Made by a program: the position numbers and the translations under genes. Shown here piece by piece: positions 1-8,214 of a stretch of DNA of 38,374 nucleotides. Source of the stretch: Candidatus Avoscillospira stercoripullorum (GTDB lineage Bacteria; Bacillota; Clostridia; Oscillospirales; Oscillospiraceae); contig DVGD01000076.1 in assembly GCA_018712905.1 (NCBI GenBank), positions 1-38,374 on the forward strand, in the 5' to 3' direction. The notes under the pieces are model-generated. The model saw only the letters and a program-made list of their open reading frames with translations. It was not told the origin of the DNA and did no database searches. Every line of letters starts with the position of its first letter. Within the stretch, counting starts at the first letter, position 1.

Positions 1-59
1 GACAGAGCAGCGGGGGGTGTGTGCGGGGGGCAAAAAGCCCACCGCGCGTTCAATCAACA

Positions 60-93
60 GGATTTTGAAACTTTTTTGTAAGTTTCAAAATCC
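60..93. repeat. Perfect 14-bp AT-rich inverted repeat (GGATTTTGAAACTT / AAGTTTCAAAATCC) with 6-nt spacer TTTTGT
   Basis: The arms at 60-73 and 80-93 are exact reverse complements. The element is AT-rich in a GC-rich region, and no U-tract follows it on either strand. Confidence 0.8.
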
Positions 94-129
94 GCACAGC
101 GTGGCGAAAATACTTTTTCGACACGCTGA

Positions 130-164
130 GGCGCTGTCTCTCATTCCGGGAGACAGCGCCTTTT
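130..164 (+). terminator. Rho-independent terminator-like hairpin at a convergent gene junction
   Basis: An 11-bp perfect stem GGCGCTGTCTC (130-140) / GAGACAGCGCC (150-160) has a 9-nt loop and is followed by TTTT (161-164) on the plus strand. It abuts the stop of the minus-strand macro-domain CDS, so it may also act on that transcript. Confidence 0.55.
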
Positions 165-167
165 CTA

Positions 168-704
168 TCACAGCGCGGTGTGCGGCTCTTCCGCATCCGC
201 CGTGAATCCATATCGCTTTTTTGCAATTTCATAGGCAAATGCATCAAAGAGTACAAGGTACACCACCATGTCGTGGCCTTTTAAGAATGCGCGGATGGTT
301 TCCACCGCCACCTCTAGAGCCTGCTCCTTAGGATAGCCGTAGACGCCTGCGGAAATCAGCGGAAAGGCCACGGTTTTTAAGCCGGTTTGCAGCGCCAGGG
401 AGAGGGAAGTGCGGTAGCAGGAGGCAAGCAGCTCCCGCTCTCCGAATCCGCCGCCGCGCCAGACGGGACCCACGGTGTGGATGACGTACTTGCTGGGAAG
501 GTTGTATCCCAAGGTGAGCTTGGCATCTCCGGTGGCGCAGCCGCCCAGCGTCCGGCATTCGGCCAGAAGCTTCGGCCCCGCTGCCCGGTGAATGCAGCCG
601 TCCACGCCCCCGCCGCCGAGCAGCGAGGAGTTGGCGGCATTGACAATGGCATCAACAGCCAAAGTGGTGATATCACAGCGAACAAACTGAAGCGGCATAC
701 CCAT
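168..704 (-). CDS. Macro domain protein (O-acetyl-ADP-ribose deacetylase / ADP-ribose binding, YmdB-like)
   Basis: 178-aa ORF with macro-domain signatures: [36 protein letters not shown] and [12 protein letters not shown]. Confidence 0.9.
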   Translation of the reverse strand: MGMPLQFVRCDITTLAVDAIVNAANSSLLGGGGVDGCIHRAAGPKLLAECRTLGGCATGDAKLTLGYNLPSKYVIHTVGPVWRGGGFGERELLASCYRTSLSLALQTGLKTVAFPLISAGVYGYPKEQALEVAVETIRAFLKGHDMVVYLVLFDAFAYEIAKKRYGFTADAEEPHTAL

Positions 705-738
705 TTCCCCTTTCCCATTCTCTCTTTAATATGGCATA

Positions 739-1266
739 TTACAGGGTATTTTCATAGAGCGGCGTGCCATCCGGCTGCTTGACAAAGGAGACAAATTCAA
801 GAAAGAGCCCCTCCTGGCGCATACCGAGCCGTTCGCAAAGCCGCTGGCTGGCAAGGTTGTCATCCTCCACATAGGCGTAAATCCGCCTGGCGCCCTTGTC
901 GCGGAAGAGATAGTCCAGGAAAGCCTGTGCCGCCTCAAAGGCGTAGCCCTTGCCCTGGTAAGCGGGGTGAAGCATCCAGCAGGGGCTGAACGTATCCAGG
1001 ACGGCATCCTCCTGGGCATGGGGATCTCCCGCCTCCGGCAAGGCCTCGATTTCCCCGATGACGGCTCCGCTCTCCTGAAGCGTGATGGCCAGGTGGAACT
1101 CCGCCTCTTCCCTTCGCCGCCGCATTTCAGCCCTGGCTTCATCCAGGGAGTGGAGCTTCATGGACGCAAAGCACCGGACGGCAGACTCCTTTAAGTAAGC
1201 ATAGACCTCCGCCGCATCTGCCTCCACAAAGGGACGCAGCAGCAATCGTTCTGTCGCAATGAGCAT
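739..1266 (-). CDS. GNAT family N-acetyltransferase (RimJ/RimL-like)
   Basis: 175-aa ORF. The N-terminus TERLLLRPFVEADAAEVYAY and the QGKGYAFEAAQAFLDYLF acetyl-CoA-binding-type motif are typical of GNAT/RimL-like enzymes. A GAGG RBS lies about 8 nt upstream of the ATG. Confidence 0.85.
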   Translation of the reverse strand: MLIATERLLLRPFVEADAAEVYAYLKESAVRCFASMKLHSLDEARAEMRRRREEAEFHLAITLQESGAVIGEIEALPEAGDPHAQEDAVLDTFSPCWMLHPAYQGKGYAFEAAQAFLDYLFRDKGARRIYAYVEDDNLASQRLCERLGMRQEGLFLEFVSFVKQPDGTPLYENTL

Positions 1267-1352
1267 ATTTTTTACCTCTATGTGTTTTTCCCTTTATGGC
1301 GCAAATCCTTTAGCTAGCCGCGATCTTAGAACCGAGCGCCAATTCAAAGACG

Positions 1353-1406
1353 AAAAATGCGGAGCGCCCCTCGTCGGATCTTCAAACCCGCTCAAGACAC
1401 TCCGCA
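1353..1406 (-). terminator. Putative terminator hairpin downstream of tRNA-Pro
   Basis: On the minus strand the outer 7-8 bp stem TGCGGAG/CTCCGCA encloses an inner GAGCG/CGCTC pairing and is followed by TTTTT (plus-strand AAAAA at 1353-1357). The large internal loop lowers confidence. Confidence 0.45.
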
Positions 1407-1483
1407 TGGTCCGAGTGGCGGGATTCGAACCCACGGCCTCTTGGACCCGAACCAAGCGCGATACCAAACTTCGCCACACCCGG
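1407..1483 (-). tRNA. tRNA-Pro (anticodon CGG), CCA encoded
   Basis: Reverse complement is CCGGGTGTGGCGAAGTTTGGTATCGCGCTTGGTTCGGGTCCAAGAGGCCGTGGGTTCGAATCCCGCCACTCGGACCA. It folds as a cloverleaf: 7-bp acceptor stem, GCGA/TCGC D stem, CTTGG/CCAAG anticodon stem with loop TTCGGGT (CGG, G37), and a GTTCGAATC T-loop. Confidence 0.93.
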
Positions 1484-1495
1484 ATAACGACAATC

Positions 1496-1524
1496 ATTAT
1501 ATCCGCCTTTCCGCCTCCTGTCAA
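1496..1524 (-). promoter_or_regulatory. Consensus sigma-A type promoter driving tRNA-Pro
   Basis: The minus strand reads TTGACA (plus 1519-1524), a 17-nt spacer, then TATAAT (plus 1496-1501). The -10 element ends about 12 nt upstream of the mature tRNA 5' end. Confidence 0.8.
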
Positions 1525-1560
1525 GTGGAAATCATGCGCGTCCATCTGGCGGCATACCAT

Positions 1561-1839
1561 ATGAGGAGGAGGCGATCAAGGGTGGAACGACAAAAAGGCA
1601 GCGGAATTGCAACATTTCTATCCATATTATATGTAGCAGCGGCACTGGCGCTTCTCTTGGGCGTGTGTGGCTGGTGCTATCCGGAGTTCTCCCAGCGGGC
1701 AAAGGAAGTCCTTGGAGGCTGGGAAAATGGACAGGTGCGGCAGGCCTTCAGCACCCTTGCAGAAGGCCTGGAGGCAGGAGAGCCGGTGAAAGAGACCCTC
1801 TCTGAGTCGATTGAGGTGCTGCTGGGTGAAGAAAATTAG
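1561..1839 (+). CDS. Small single-pass membrane protein, function unknown
   Basis: I used the ATG at 1561, because the longer track ORF from 1357 runs through the tRNA gene. The 92-aa product has a basic N-terminus MRRRRSRVERQK, one hydrophobic helix (IATFLSILYVAAALALLLGVCGW) and an acidic tail. Its end overlaps the start of the next gene. Confidence 0.55.
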   Translation: MRRRRSRVERQKGSGIATFLSILYVAAALALLLGVCGWCYPEFSQRAKEVLGGWENGQVRQAFSTLAEGLEAGEPVKETLSESIEVLLGEEN

Positions 1840-2383
1840 GGTAACGCTGGGATTTGCGGCAGTGGTTTGCCTGCTGGGGTGGTGCGATCTCGGGCTGTGC
1901 GGATGGTTTTTGCTGGCATTATTGCTCCATGAATTGGGGCATCTGGCGGTGTTGGCATGCTTTCACCGACCCATTCGAGGGATTACCCTGGGAGCGGGCG
2001 GGGCAAAAATAGAGACGGAGGGACTCAGCTACCGGCAAGAGGCGCTCTCCGCGGCGGCGGGACCGGCAGTCAATCTCCTGTCGGCAGGATTGACGCTGCG
2101 GACTTTTCCGGTTTTTGCGCTGGTGAGCCTTGCGCTGGCGGCGGTGAATTTGCTGCCGCTCTATCCCATGGACGGCGGCCGCATTCTCCGCGCCTCGCTG
2201 CTCTCTCGCCTGCCGCCGGAGCGGGCGGGGCGCATTCTCCGACTGTGCGTCTATCTCACCTGTACAACGCTGATGGTGGGCGCTTGCTGGCTGACTGCCA
2301 TGCGCCAGGCGGGGCTGTGGCCGATCTTTGCGGCGCTGGTGCTATTGTGCAGGGCTGGCAATGCAGCAGCAGAGATTTGCTAA
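1811..2383 (+). CDS. M50 family site-2 metalloprotease, short SpoIVFB-like form
   Basis: It has an HELGH zinc motif inside a TM helix and the NLLPLYPMDGGRIL (NxxPxxxLDGG-type) second motif, and it is polytopic. The start is uncertain: TTG at 1811, or GTG at 1826 with GAGG about 9 nt upstream. Confidence 0.8.
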   Translation: MRCCWVKKIRVTLGFAAVVCLLGWCDLGLCGWFLLALLLHELGHLAVLACFHRPIRGITLGAGGAKIETEGLSYRQEALSAAAGPAVNLLSAGLTLRTFPVFALVSLALAAVNLLPLYPMDGGRILRASLLSRLPPERAGRILRLCVYLTCTTLMVGACWLTAMRQAGLWPIFAALVLLCRAGNAAAEIC

Positions 2384-2390
2384 AAATACC

Positions 2391-2419
2391 TTCCATTTTT
2401 TTGCATAATTTGGTATACT
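2391..2419 (+). promoter_or_regulatory. Putative sigma-A promoter with extended -10
   Basis: TTCCAT (2391-2396), a 17-nt spacer, then TGgTATACT (TG at 2411-2412, -10 at 2414-2419). A TGCACCAAGGTGCA palindrome lies just downstream. Confidence 0.55.
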
Positions 2420-2469
2420 GATGGTATGCACCAAGGTGCACAAGAAAATGAGAAGGAGGAGAGGGGAAA

Positions 2470-3249
2470 GTGTGCATTCCCTTCAAAGAAAAAATGAAAC
2501 AACATAATCGTTGGATGGCCTGGTTTCTCAGTGTTTTCATGCTCTTGAGCATGGCGGCATGCGCGTCGGACAAGGCGGATCCCACTACAACACCGGAAAG
2601 CACCCAGAAAGAAGAGACCATTCTTGACGAGAAGGAAGCGATCCAGCTGGAGGAGGAAGAGCCGGAGGAGCGCCAAGAGGACGAAGAGAGCGAAGACGCC
2701 GGATATGAGCTGGGAATCATTGACGGCTTGACCTTTACCAATGACTTTATGGGCATTTCCTGCACGCTGCCGGAGGACTGGGTCTATGCCTCGGAGGCGG
2801 AAATTGCTGAGCTCAACGGCGTAGTTCTTGAAATGTTTGAGGACAATGAGGAAGTTGCGGAGCTCATGAAGAATTCCACCAGCATCTATGATGCAGTTGC
2901 TTATTCCGGCGATGGACTCTGTAATTTTAATATTATCGCGGAGAATATGGGGCTTCTCTACGGCGTGCTCATCGATGAAAAAGAGTATGCGGAGATTACG
3001 GTGGAGCAGGTAAAGAGCATCTATGAAACGGCCGGCTATGCCAATGTCCAAAGTGAAATCACCGAGAGGGAGATCTTTGGAGAAGAGCATGTGACCATTT
3101 ACACCACCTCTACATTGCCGGAAGCGCAGGGCGGAATGGACATGTACCAGCTGCAAATTCTCAAGAAAAACGGGAACTTTATGGGCGTCATCAGCATTGC
3201 GAGCTTTGTGGAGGATCGCACGGAGGAGATTGCCTCCTGGTTTTTCTAA
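2470..3249 (+). CDS. Putative lipoprotein with an acidic low-complexity linker, function unknown
   Basis: GTG at 2470 follows a GGAGGAG RBS, with an alternative ATG at 2494. The signal peptide ends in the lipobox-like LSMAAC. An E/D-rich stretch (EEEEPEERQEDEESED) follows. Confidence 0.75.
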   Translation: MCIPFKEKMKQHNRWMAWFLSVFMLLSMAACASDKADPTTTPESTQKEETILDEKEAIQLEEEEPEERQEDEESEDAGYELGIIDGLTFTNDFMGISCTLPEDWVYASEAEIAELNGVVLEMFEDNEEVAELMKNSTSIYDAVAYSGDGLCNFNIIAENMGLLYGVLIDEKEYAEITVEQVKSIYETAGYANVQSEITEREIFGEEHVTIYTTSTLPEAQGGMDMYQLQILKKNGNFMGVISIASFVEDRTEEIASWFF

Positions 3250-3273
3250 GGGGTGGAGCACCACAAATTCAGG

Positions 3274-3302
3274 TTGCTTTTCCGGTGCCGGACGGGTAAA
3301 AT
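3274..3302 (+). promoter_or_regulatory. Putative sigma-A promoter
   Basis: TTGCTT (3274-3279), a 17-nt spacer, then TAAAAT (3297-3302), about 30 nt upstream of the radical SAM CDS. Confidence 0.6.
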
Positions 3303-3332
3303 AGACCCAAAACGCTGCAAAGGAAGAAAACT

Positions 3333-5168
3333 ATGACCGATCAGCTCCACCGGATTCTCCCCACGGTGCAAAAGCCCGCGCGCTACGTGGGCGGGGAGTA
3401 CGGACAGATCATCAAGGACAAGGCCAAAGTGGATCTCCGGGTGGCATTTTGCTTCCCGGACACCTATGAGATTGGCATGTCCAACATCGGCATGCGCATT
3501 CTCTATGGCATCATGAACAACATGGACGGCGTGTGGTGCGAGCGAGTCTTTGCGCCCTGGGGGGACATGGAGGCGGCCATGCGCCAACACCAGATTCCGC
3601 TCTATGCCCTGGAGAGCCGCGACCCGGTGAAGGACTTCGACCTTATCGCCTTCAGCATCGGCTATGAGATGAGCTATACCAATATTCTCAATATGCTGAA
3701 CCTGGCCGGGGTGCCGCTTTTGAGCCGGGATCGCCCTGGCCTGCAGGGGCTGGTATTTGCCGGCGGCGTCTGCGCTGTGAACCCGGAACCTCTGGCGGAC
3801 TTTATCGACTTTTTCTCTCTGGGAGAAGGGGAGGAGATGACGCCGGAGATTCTCAACCTCTACCGCAAGGCCAAGGGCGAAGGGTGGGACAAGCCGCGCT
3901 TTCTCCATGAAGTGGTGAAGATTCCCGGCGTCTATGTGCCGTCGCTTTACCGCCATCACTATGGCGCGGATGGACGGCTCCAGTCCATTGAACCCCTGGA
4001 CGGCGCGCCGGAACGGGTGGTCAAGCGCATTGTGCGGGATCTGGACAAGGCGTACTATCCGGCGCAGACGATCGTCCCCAATACGGAGATTGTCCACGAC
4101 CGGACAAACCTGGAGGTCTTCCGCGGCTGCATTCGAGGCTGCCGGTTCTGCCAGGCGGGCTTCTGCTACCGGCCTGTGCGGGAGCGCAGCGCCGAGACGC
4201 TCTATCATCAGGCGGTGGAGGCGCTGGAAACCTCAGGAAACCACGAGATCACCCTTTCAAGCCTCTCTACCTCCGATTACCGTCAGCTCGCGCCGCTGGC
4301 CGACGGCTTGCTTTCCTATTGCGAGAGCCGCCACATCAACCTCTCCCTGCCCTCCCTTCGTGCGGATAATTTCTCCAGAGAGCTCATGGCCAAGGTGCAG
4401 CGGGTACGCAAGAGCGGCCTCACCTTTGCTCCTGAGGCGGGCAGCCAGCGACTCCGGGACGCCATCAATAAAAATGTCACCGAGGAGGAGGTGCTCACCA
4501 CCTGCGCCACGGCCTTCTCCGGCGGCTGGAACAACGTGAAGCTCTACTTCATGCTGGGGCTTCCCACGGAGACCGACGAGGACGTTATCGCTATTGCGGA
4601 TCTGGTGTGGAAGATCCTTAAGGTCTGGAAGGAGAACGCCGCCAACAAAAAGCGGGGGCTTTCCATCAACCTCTCCACGGCCTTTTTTGTGCCCAAGCCC
4701 TTCACACCCTTCCAGTGGGAGGCACAAATCACGCCCGAGGAGTATATGCGCCGGGTGCATCTCTTAAAGGAGCACCTCCACAGCCGGGCAGTAGACTATC
4801 GCTACCACGGCTCGGATCTGAGCTTCCTGGAGGCGGTGCTGGCCAGGGGCGACCGGCGGCTGTGCCCGGTGCTCTCCTATGCGGTGGAGCACGGCGCCCG
4901 CTTGGATGGCTGGGATGAGTATTTCCGCTTTGACATCTGGCAGGAGGCCTTTACCGCCTGCGGCGTGGATCCGGCGCAGTATGCCCAGCGCGCCTATGAA
5001 AAGGACGAGCTGCTGCCGTGGAGCACCATGGACGTGGGAATTTCAAAGAGCTATTTCTGGCGGGAGCGGGAGAGAGCCTATGAATCCAAGACAACACCGG
5101 ATTGCCGCACGGCCTGCGGCGGCTGCGGTGCAAATCGGCTGGAAGGCGGGGTGACATGTGATGTCTAG
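3333..5168 (+). CDS. B12-binding-domain radical SAM protein (TIGR03960-like family), function unknown
   Basis: 611-aa ORF with the radical SAM cluster motif CIRGCRFCQAG and an N-terminal B12-binding-like region. It is coupled to a DUF2344-like gene, which is the usual arrangement for this family. Confidence 0.85.
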   Translation: MTDQLHRILPTVQKPARYVGGEYGQIIKDKAKVDLRVAFCFPDTYEIGMSNIGMRILYGIMNNMDGVWCERVFAPWGDMEAAMRQHQIPLYALESRDPVKDFDLIAFSIGYEMSYTNILNMLNLAGVPLLSRDRPGLQGLVFAGGVCAVNPEPLADFIDFFSLGEGEEMTPEILNLYRKAKGEGWDKPRFLHEVVKIPGVYVPSLYRHHYGADGRLQSIEPLDGAPERVVKRIVRDLDKAYYPAQTIVPNTEIVHDRTNLEVFRGCIRGCRFCQAGFCYRPVRERSAETLYHQAVEALETSGNHEITLSSLSTSDYRQLAPLADGLLSYCESRHINLSLPSLRADNFSRELMAKVQRVRKSGLTFAPEAGSQRLRDAINKNVTEEEVLTTCATAFSGGWNNVKLYFMLGLPTETDEDVIAIADLVWKILKVWKENAANKKRGLSINLSTAFFVPKPFTPFQWEAQITPEEYMRRVHLLKEHLHSRAVDYRYHGSDLSFLEAVLARGDRRLCPVLSYAVEHGARLDGWDEYFRFDIWQEAFTACGVDPAQYAQRAYEKDELLPWSTMDVGISKSYFWRERERAYESKTTPDCRTACGGCGANRLEGGVTCDV

Positions 5169-5799
5169 GCTGCTGTTTGAAAAGACGGGAGAGAGCATCT
5201 ATATCTCCCACTTGGATCTCATGCGGGTCTTTCAGCGGGCGTTTCGCCGGGCAGGGCTGCTGCTGCGCCACTCCCAGGGCTTTACGCCCCGCGCCATCGT
5301 GTCCATTGCCCTGCCTCTGGCGCTGGGCACGGAAAGCCGCTGTGAGCTTTTGGACTTTGAACTGCAAGAGGCCGGCACGGTGACGCCGGAGCAGCTCAAC
5401 GCTGTGCTTCCCGCAGGCATTCGTGTGCTGGAGGTATACGAGACGGGCAGAAAGCTCAAGGAGCTTGTCTATCTCAGGGTACAAGTGGAGCTGGAATATG
5501 ACCAGGGGGCGCCGTCGGCGGAGGCTGTGGACGCGGTGTTCCGCCAGGAGAGCATCATGGTGGAAAAGCAGTCCAAAAAGGGGAGCACCCAGGTGGACAT
5601 TCGCCCGATGATACGTAAACTCTCAGTGGATCGCCCCGATGGACATACCATCGTGCTGGACGCCGAGATCACAGCGCAGCAGCCATCGCTCAACCCCATG
5701 CTCCTCTCCCAGGCAGTGGAGACGGCGCTGGGCAAGGCGGACTTTGTCCATTGCCGCCGCCTGGAGGTTTTGGATGGACAGGGCGAGGTATTTCGATAA
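5158..5799 (+). CDS. Radical SAM-associated protein (DUF2344 / TIGR03936-like)
   Basis: 213-aa ORF overlapping the upstream stop (GTG 5158 or ATG 5161). The N-terminus FEKTGESIYISHLDLMRVFQRAFRRAGL is characteristic of the DUF2344 partner of the preceding family. Confidence 0.8.
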   Translation: MMSRLLFEKTGESIYISHLDLMRVFQRAFRRAGLLLRHSQGFTPRAIVSIALPLALGTESRCELLDFELQEAGTVTPEQLNAVLPAGIRVLEVYETGRKLKELVYLRVQVELEYDQGAPSAEAVDAVFRQESIMVEKQSKKGSTQVDIRPMIRKLSVDRPDGHTIVLDAEITAQQPSLNPMLLSQAVETALGKADFVHCRRLEVLDGQGEVFR

Positions 5800-5815
5800 G
5801 AAAGAAGGATACAGG

Positions 5816-6793
5816 ATGCGACTGCTTTCAGATTTCCCCCGGGTTTCTCTGGGATGCTTTCCCACGCCGCTGGTGGCGCTTCCCAATCTGAGCCGGATGT
5901 TTGGAAAACGGCTTTATCTCAAGCGGGATGATATGACAGGCGTTGGCTTGGGCGGCAACAAGGTGCGCAAGCTGGAGTTTTTGCTGGCGGATGCCCAGAA
6001 TAAGGGGGCATCCATCGTGATGACCACCGGCGGTGCCCAGTCCAACCATGCCATGCTCACGGCCGCCTGCTGCGGCCGCCTGGGCATGCAGGCGGTGCTG
6101 CTGCTCAAAGACCGCGGTGTTTCCCAGGAAGTGGGCAACGTATACCTCGATCACCTGCTGGGTGCCGAGGTGGTGCTCATGGATACCGACGACTACCGGG
6201 TGATCTATGAGGAGATGGCACGGCGCAAGACGGCCTATGCCAAGGAAGGCAAGCTCGCCTATGAAATTCCCCTGGGCGGCTCCAACGCCTTGGGCGCTCT
6301 GGGCTATGTGGAGTGCTTCCGGGAGACCATGGCGCAGTGCGCGGCGCTGGGCATTCACCCCGACCGCATGGTGTCGGCGGTGGGCTCCGGCGGCACCTAC
6401 GCCGGGCTCTGCGCCGGCGCGGATCTATACGCACCCGACGTGAAGGTCACCGGTGTGGCAGTGGACAGCGAGCCCTTCGCCCAAATCTGCACCCAGCTCA
6501 AGGCCGAAATCAGCGGCCTCTTGGAGCTGGAGCACCCATTAAACGGGAACAATGTGGAACTATTTGACAATGTGGGCGCAGGCTACGGCATCCCCGGACA
6601 GGAAGAGAAGGAAGCGGTGGAGCTCATGGCGCGGGAGGAGGGCATTTTCCTCGACCCGGTCTATACAGGGAAGGCATTTTCCCTGCTCCTGCGAAAGCTC
6701 CGTGCCGGGGAATTCCAGGAGGATGAGACCATCGTCTTCCTCCACTCCGGCGGTGCCGGCGGGCTGTTTGCCATTCCGTTTCCGGGAAAATAA
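5816..6793 (+). CDS. PLP-dependent ACC deaminase / D-cysteine desulfhydrase family enzyme
   Basis: ATG at 5816 follows GAAGGA; the track extension from 5639 overlaps the previous CDS. Motifs seen are FPTPL, KRDDMTG and GGNKVRKLEFLLADA, and the product is 325 aa. Confidence 0.85.
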   Translation: MRLLSDFPRVSLGCFPTPLVALPNLSRMFGKRLYLKRDDMTGVGLGGNKVRKLEFLLADAQNKGASIVMTTGGAQSNHAMLTAACCGRLGMQAVLLLKDRGVSQEVGNVYLDHLLGAEVVLMDTDDYRVIYEEMARRKTAYAKEGKLAYEIPLGGSNALGALGYVECFRETMAQCAALGIHPDRMVSAVGSGGTYAGLCAGADLYAPDVKVTGVAVDSEPFAQICTQLKAEISGLLELEHPLNGNNVELFDNVGAGYGIPGQEEKEAVELMAREEGIFLDPVYTGKAFSLLLRKLRAGEFQEDETIVFLHSGGAGGLFAIPFPGK

Positions 6794-6796
6794 TGC

Positions 6797-6825
6797 TTGC
6801 ATTTCCGGGAACCATATGGTAAAAT
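6797..6825 (+). promoter_or_regulatory. Putative sigma-A promoter for rplS
   Basis: TTGCAT (6797-6802), a 17-nt spacer, then TAAAAT (6820-6825). This leaves a leader of about 100 nt before the rplS ATG. Confidence 0.65.
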
Positions 6826-6928
6826 ACCTTGGTCTGTAAATGGGCGGTCCTCTGCCACGGCCGGTACGAAGGTACTGCGGCATTCCATGTGGGTATGAAC
6901 GTCTAAATATTCTTAGGAGGACGAAACA

Positions 6929-7270
6929 ATGGATTTAATGAAGGCATTAACCAGCCAGTACATGAAGGCTGAGGCTCCGGAAGTCCATGTGGGCGATACG
7001 GTTCGCGTTCATGTGAAGATCAAGGAAGGCTCCCGCGAGAGAGTGCAGGTTTTTGAGGGTACCGTCATTGCCAAGAAGCATGGCGGCCTGGAGGAGACCT
7101 TCACCGTCCGCCGCATCTCCTACGGCGTGGGCTGTGAGAAGGTGTTCCTGGTGCACTCCCCCAGCATTGTGAAGGTGGAGACGGTGCGCAAAGGTAAAGT
7201 GCGCCGCGCTAAGCTCTACTACCTCCGCGATCGTATGGGCAAGGCTGCCAAGGTCAAGGAAAAGGTGTAA
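6929..7270 (+). CDS. rplS: 50S ribosomal protein L19
   Basis: 113-aa ORF with an AGGAGG RBS. The L19 hallmark sequence [29 protein letters not shown]...[16 protein letters not shown] is present. Confidence 0.97.
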   Translation: MDLMKALTSQYMKAEAPEVHVGDTVRVHVKIKEGSRERVQVFEGTVIAKKHGGLEETFTVRRISYGVGCEKVFLVHSPSIVKVETVRKGKVRRAKLYYLRDRMGKAAKVKEKV

Positions 7271-7286
7271 GCCATCATACGTCCCC

Positions 7287-7318
7287 AAATCCCCGCCGGA
7301 TAAGCGGGGATTTTTTTT
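7287..7318 (+). terminator. Rho-independent terminator after rplS
   Basis: AAATCCCCGC-cggataa-GCGGGGATTT followed by a T-run (TTTTTTTT). Confidence 0.85.
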
Positions 7319-7442
7319 GATTGCTCTTTTCTTTCGGGCGTGGTTTGTGTATAATATTACAATGCTATTTTATTGCGCTTTGGCAAAGCAGCGCCGGCGC
7401 AGAGGAACTTGCATGGAATGGGCTTCCCATTGGACATAGAGG

Positions 7443-8213
7443 ATGATGAAGATGGAACAAGACAAGTATTCTGTACACGATACCATAGATCTCCAGGAGA
7501 TCCGCTCGCTGTTGGAGGACGAAAAGCCCCAGGAGCCCCAGGAAACGCCGCCGCAAACGCCGCCGGAGGATGCGGCGCCTGCGTCCGCGGAAAAGCCGGA
7601 GAAGAAGTCTGAGCCGCTCTATGAGTGCTATGGCATTCTTCACGATATCACCTACATTCTTGCGGCGGTGACGCTGCTGTTTGTGTTTGTGGTGCGCCTG
7701 GTGGGCGTGGACGGTACGTCCATGCTGCCCACCTTGCACCATGGGGATTATCTCATTTTGGAGAGCAATTTCCTCTACCATGGCGACGACATTGAGACCG
7801 GGGATATTGTGGTGCTCACCGTGCCCTATTATAAGGAAGAGCCTATCGTCAAGCGCGTCGTTGCCACAGGCGGACAGACGGTGGACATTGATTTTGAAAA
7901 TCACATCGTCTATGTGGATGGGCAGGCACTGGAGGAACCCTATCTCATAGACTACACCGGCACCGGCAGCTGGAACAACTGGGATGGGGAGTATGGCCTT
8001 TCGTATCCCGCCACCGTGCCGGAGGACTGCATCTTCGTCCTGGGCGACAACCGCAACAACTCCACCGACAGCCGCTTTGCCCCTGTGGGCATGGTGAATG
8101 TCAGCTGTGTGCTGGGAAAGGTGCGCGCCATTGTCCTGCCCGGACAGACCAAGGACGAAATGGGCAACATCACCGATCCCCGAGACTGGGGAAGAATTGG
8201 ATTGGTGTCATAA
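7443..8213 (+). CDS. lepB: Signal peptidase I
   Basis: Motifs seen are GTSMLPTL (catalytic Ser), VKRVVATGG (Lys box) and GDNRNNSTDSR. The start may be the ATG at 7452, which has the best spacing from the AGAGG RBS. Confidence 0.92.
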   Translation: MMKMEQDKYSVHDTIDLQEIRSLLEDEKPQEPQETPPQTPPEDAAPASAEKPEKKSEPLYECYGILHDITYILAAVTLLFVFVVRLVGVDGTSMLPTLHHGDYLILESNFLYHGDDIETGDIVVLTVPYYKEEPIVKRVVATGGQTVDIDFENHIVYVDGQALEEPYLIDYTGTGSWNNWDGEYGLSYPATVPEDCIFVLGDNRNNSTDSRFAPVGMVNVSCVLGKVRAIVLPGQTKDEMGNITDPRDWGRIGLVS

Positions 8214-8214
8214 T

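Noticed and set aside
7350-7355. TATAAT hexamer upstream of lepB, considered as a promoter
   Set aside because: A good -10 is present, but no acceptable -35 lies at 16-18 nt (only TTTCTT-like sequence) and there is no TGn extension. It is too weak to list as a feature, although lepB probably has a promoter here after the rplS terminator.
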